A DNA stretch of 36,616 nt from Eggerthellaceae bacterium. Its GTDB lineage: Bacteria; Actinomycetota; Coriobacteriia; Coriobacteriales; Eggerthellaceae. Shown piece by piece: positions 33,851-36,616 of this stretch; the first letter of the stretch is position 1; the number at the start of each line of letters is the position of its first letter. The DNA is taken from positions 1 through 36,616 of the forward strand of contig JAFYTB010000078.1 in the NCBI GenBank assembly GCA_017559045.1, in the 5' to 3' direction. Below the pieces are notes generated by a model. It did no database searches, was not told where the DNA came from, and saw nothing but the letters and a program-made list of their open reading frames with translations. A program made the position numbers and the translations under genes.

Positions 33851-34795
33851 GTGGGTTTCCCTCATAAGCATCTTATTGACATTCGCGAATATTCCCGCGA
33901 AGACATCATGACCATTCTTGAGACGGCTAAGACCTTCAAGCAGATCAACGAGCGTCGTATTAAGAAGGTTCCTACCCTTAAGGGTTTTACCGTTGTAAAT
34001 ATGTTCAACGAGCCTTCTACTCGTACTCGCTCTTCTTTTGAAATTGCCGAGAAGCGTCTTTCCGCCGATACGCTCAACTTCGGTGGATCCGGCACTTCCA
34101 CCGTGAAGGGTGAGAGCCTTACCGATACGGTTAAGACCCTGTGCTCTTATAAGGTCGACTGCATCGTCGTGCGCGATAAGCATGCAGGCGTTCCTCGCAA
34201 GATTGCCGATATTTCCGGAGTTCATGTCATCGATGCAGGCGATGGCAAGCATCAGCATCCGACCCAGGCGCTTCTTGACTTGTATACGATTTGGGAGGCC
34301 AAGGGTTCGTTTGAGGGCCTGCATGTCGGCATTGTTGGCGACATTGGCCATTCTCGCGTATGCGGCTCTTTGATTCCCGCTCTGAAGACTATGGGCTGCA
34401 AGGTGACTCTTGTTGCGCCGCAGACCCTTCTTCCCGCTCGTCCGGATGTTCTTGGTGCTGATGGTGTGACCACCGATTTTAACGGCATCCTTCCCGAGCT
34501 CGACGTTGTTTATATGCTCCGTATTCAGCGCGAACGTTTCGAGGGCGCTCCTTACCCCAGCCTTCGTGAATACAACATGCTGTACGGTCTTACCCAGGAT
34601 CGCGAGCAGTACATGAAGCCCGATGCTGTGATTTGCCACCCGGGTCCCATTAATCGTGGTGTCGAACTTGATAGCTACATGGCAGATCATCCGACTCGCT
34701 CCTTGATCCTTGATCAGGTTTACGCCGGCGTTCTCGTCCGTATGGCCGTCCTTTATCTGCTTTTGGGAGGTTCTGATAATGGCGCTGATTCTTAG
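33851..34795 (+). CDS. pyrB: Aspartate carbamoyltransferase catalytic subunit
   Basis: The GTG at 33851 is in frame with ORF 33662..34795 and lies 1 nt after the pyrR stop. Motifs STRTR, HPTQ and HPGP are present. Confidence 0.9.
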   Translation: MGFPHKHLIDIREYSREDIMTILETAKTFKQINERRIKKVPTLKGFTVVNMFNEPSTRTRSSFEIAEKRLSADTLNFGGSGTSTVKGESLTDTVKTLCSYKVDCIVVRDKHAGVPRKIADISGVHVIDAGDGKHQHPTQALLDLYTIWEAKGSFEGLHVGIVGDIGHSRVCGSLIPALKTMGCKVTLVAPQTLLPARPDVLGADGVTTDFNGILPELDVVYMLRIQRERFEGAPYPSLREYNMLYGLTQDREQYMKPDAVICHPGPINRGVELDSYMADHPTRSLILDQVYAGVLVRMAVLYLLLGGSDNGADS

Positions 34796-36071
34796 AAATG
34801 CTCGTCTGATCGATCCTCAGGTCGGTCTTGATGAGGTCGCTGATCTCTTGATCAGAGATGGTCGAATTGTTGAGGTTGGTCACGATTTGACCGCCAAAAC
34901 TTACGTGGAACGCGACCTTTCTGGCAAGATCCTCGTTCCGGGACTGGTTGACATCCATGTTCATCTGCGTGAGCATGGCTTTGAGCTGAAGGAAGACATC
35001 GCAAGCGGCACTCGTTCGGCTGCTCATGGTGGATTCACTGCCGTTTGCGCCATGCCGAATACTACCCCTATTACCGACAATGCGCTTGCCGTTGAGTATG
35101 TTAAGGCTCGTGCAGCTGAGGTAGGGAAGTGCAGGGTCCTTGTATCCGGCGCTTGCACCAAGGGCCTTGGCGGTGAGACGCTCGCAGAGATGGGTGATAT
35201 GGTCGCTCATGGATGCTGTGCCTTCACCGATGACGGTAGGGGCATCAAGGACACCGGAATGATGCGCAGGGTTCTTGATTATGCAGCTCAGTTTGATCGT
35301 GTTGTCATGCCGCATTGTCAGGACGATGAACTTGTTGGTAAGGGCCAGGTTAATGAGGGCGTTGCCAGCACGAGACTCGGTCTCGAGGGTTGGCCTGCAG
35401 AGGGTGAAGAGCTCGAGATCATGCGCGATATCGCTCTTTGCCGCCTGACTGGTTGCCCGCTTCATATTCAGCACCTCACGACGAAGCGCGCTCTAGATTT
35501 GGTTCGCGCAGCGAAGGCCGAGGGCCTGCCCGTTACGTGCGAAGTCACCCCGCATCACCTTGTTCTGACCGAGGACCATATCGGCGATGACTATCCCACG
35601 TCTCTTAAGGTGAATCCGCCTCTGCGTACTGCCGAGGACGCTGCGGGTCTCATTGAGGGCGTTGTTGACGGCTCGGTTGACGTTATTGTTACTGACCATG
35701 CTCCGCATGCAGAATGGGAGAAGGATCGTGAGTTTGAGCTTGCTCCTTTCGGCATGATCGGCCTTGAAACCTCTCTTTCTCTGATTCTTACGTACCTCGT
35801 CGATAAGGGCATCATTGATTACAACCGTATGGTTGAGCTTATGGCTATTCGTCCGAGGGAGATCCTTCGCCAGGAGCGTGTTGCTCTTGAGGCGGGAAGC
35901 GTTGCAGACCTTACGGTTTTCGATCCGAACATCGAATGGACGGTTCAGGCTTCTGACTTCCTTTCGAAGGCAAAGAACTCCGGCTTCATTGGTTATGAGC
36001 TTAAGGGTCGAGCCACGGATGTGTATGTTGGCGGATACGCCACTATGGAGAATGGCGTCGTAGTCGAATAG
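34779..36071 (+). CDS. pyrC: Dihydroorotase
   Basis: ATG at 34779, 8 nt after gggagg, overlapping the pyrB end by 17 nt. Amidohydrolase motifs DIHVHLRE and TDHAPH. Confidence 0.9.
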   Translation: MALILRNARLIDPQVGLDEVADLLIRDGRIVEVGHDLTAKTYVERDLSGKILVPGLVDIHVHLREHGFELKEDIASGTRSAAHGGFTAVCAMPNTTPITDNALAVEYVKARAAEVGKCRVLVSGACTKGLGGETLAEMGDMVAHGCCAFTDDGRGIKDTGMMRRVLDYAAQFDRVVMPHCQDDELVGKGQVNEGVASTRLGLEGWPAEGEELEIMRDIALCRLTGCPLHIQHLTTKRALDLVRAAKAEGLPVTCEVTPHHLVLTEDHIGDDYPTSLKVNPPLRTAEDAAGLIEGVVDGSVDVIVTDHAPHAEWEKDREFELAPFGMIGLETSLSLILTYLVDKGIIDYNRMVELMAIRPREILRQERVALEAGSVADLTVFDPNIEWTVQASDFLSKAKNSGFIGYELKGRATDVYVGGYATMENGVVVE

Positions 36072-36080
36072 CTGCCGTAT

Positions 36081-36115
36081 CGTGCGCAAATGGTCTCTTG
36101 GGCCGTTTGCGCACG
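36081..36115 (+). terminator. Strong hairpin between pyrC and pyrK (terminator or processing/attenuation element)
   Basis: Perfect 10-bp stem cgtgcgcaaa (36081-36090) / tttgcgcacg (36106-36115) with a 15-nt loop. The tail gtttcatctg is only a weak T-tract. Confidence 0.4.
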
Positions 36116-36216
36116 GTTTCATCTGCTATTTTGTATTGACAGCTAACGGCAATGTGCTGGTGAAGACCAGAAGTATTGCCATAATGCCAACTCATGTTGA
36201 AAGGACTTTAAGTTCT

Positions 36217-36616
36217 ATGTTGGTTAATGAACAAGCTCGAATTGTGAGCAACGAACAGGTTGGACCGCGTCTTCATATCATGAAGCTGCATGCACCTGAG
36301 ATCGCTGAGCGTATCGCTCCCGGTCAGTTTGTCCATATGAAGGTTCCGCGCATGGAAGACCACATTCTGCGTAGGCCTTTTTCTGTGTATTACGCCGATG
36401 TTGAAACCGGCGTTATCGAGGTTCTCTATCAGGTTGTCGGCTATGGCAGCGACCATATGACTCGTCTCGATAATGGTCTTGTGTGCGAGCTTATTGGCCC
36501 TGTCGGAACCGGCTGGGAGGCTCCCGAGGGCACGAAGCGTGCTCTCGTTGTTGCTGGCGGCGTTGGTGCTGCCCCGCTGTACATGATGGCCGAGAAGCTG
36601 GTCAATGACGGCGTTC
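36217..36616 (+). CDS. pyrK: Dihydroorotate dehydrogenase electron-transfer subunit PyrK, N-terminal part (3' end lies outside the window)
   Basis: My own translation from the ATG at 36217 stays open to the window end: MLVNEQARIVSNEQVGPRLHIMKLHAPEIAERIAPGQFVHMKV...LRRPFSVYY...ALVVAGGVGAAPLY. The RRPFS FAD-binding motif, the GGxG motif and the position after pyrC fit PyrK. This ORF is not in the supplied track because it has no stop. Confidence 0.8.
   Translation, partial: MLVNEQARIVSNEQVGPRLHIMKLHAPEIAERIAPGQFVHMKVPRMEDHILRRPFSVYYADVETGVIEVLYQVVGYGSDHMTRLDNGLVCELIGPVGTGWEAPEGTKRALVVAGGVGAAPLYMMAEKLVNDGV

Noticed and set aside
1-36616. A search for tRNA, rRNA, CRISPR arrays, IS elements, integrases, or terminal inverted or direct repeats flanking the high-GC blocks.
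   Set aside because: No cloverleaf-capable intergenic segment, repeat-spacer array, transposase or recombinase ORF, or matching flanking repeat pair was visible. The composition islands are therefore not called mobile elements.

Overview
This is a 36.6-kb chromosomal segment in which every supported gene except one (a dGTPase-like HD hydrolase) lies on the + strand. The gene order nusA-ylxR-infB-rbfA-DHH phosphoesterase, the polytopic-membrane LuxR regulator and a bulk G+C near 50-55% suggest a Coriobacteriia-type actinobacterium. That taxonomic call is inference only.

Most of the window is conserved housekeeping:
- a partial AMP-ligase and a DAACS symporter
- rimP-nusA-ylxR-infB-rbfA-nrnA-truB-ribF
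- a membrane pyrophosphatase, tatA, a membrane LuxR regulator and rnhA
- dgt-like (minus strand), a membrane protein and dnaG
- def-fmt-rsmB
- pyrR-pyrB-pyrC-pyrK behind a recognisable PyrR attenuator

The accessory part is a terminator-bounded nine-gene operon (23785-31957). It contains two XRE-cupin regulator / medium-chain-type acyl-CoA ligase pairs flanking an orphan SIMIBI-type P-loop ATPase and a four-subunit VOR-type 2-oxoacid:ferredoxin oxidoreductase. I read it as a candidate organic-acid activation plus reductive-carboxylation (2-oxoacid synthase) salvage module.

The oxidoreductase core of that operon, and separately the partial ligase at the window start, are compositional islands. 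Sampled lines give about 67-72% G+C, with a different synonymous codon choice from the flanks. The operon island's boundaries fall inside coding sequence.

Other points worth a second look:
- a roughly 310-aa Arg/Asp/Lys/Gly-rich repeat extension on RsmB
- a Cys/His knuckle on the NusA C-terminus
- a terminator-like hairpin in the rimP-nusA leader
- gene-length codon-aligned antisense ORFs, explained by avoidance of TTA/CTA/TCA codons

I found no tRNA, rRNA, CRISPR array, transposase or integrase.
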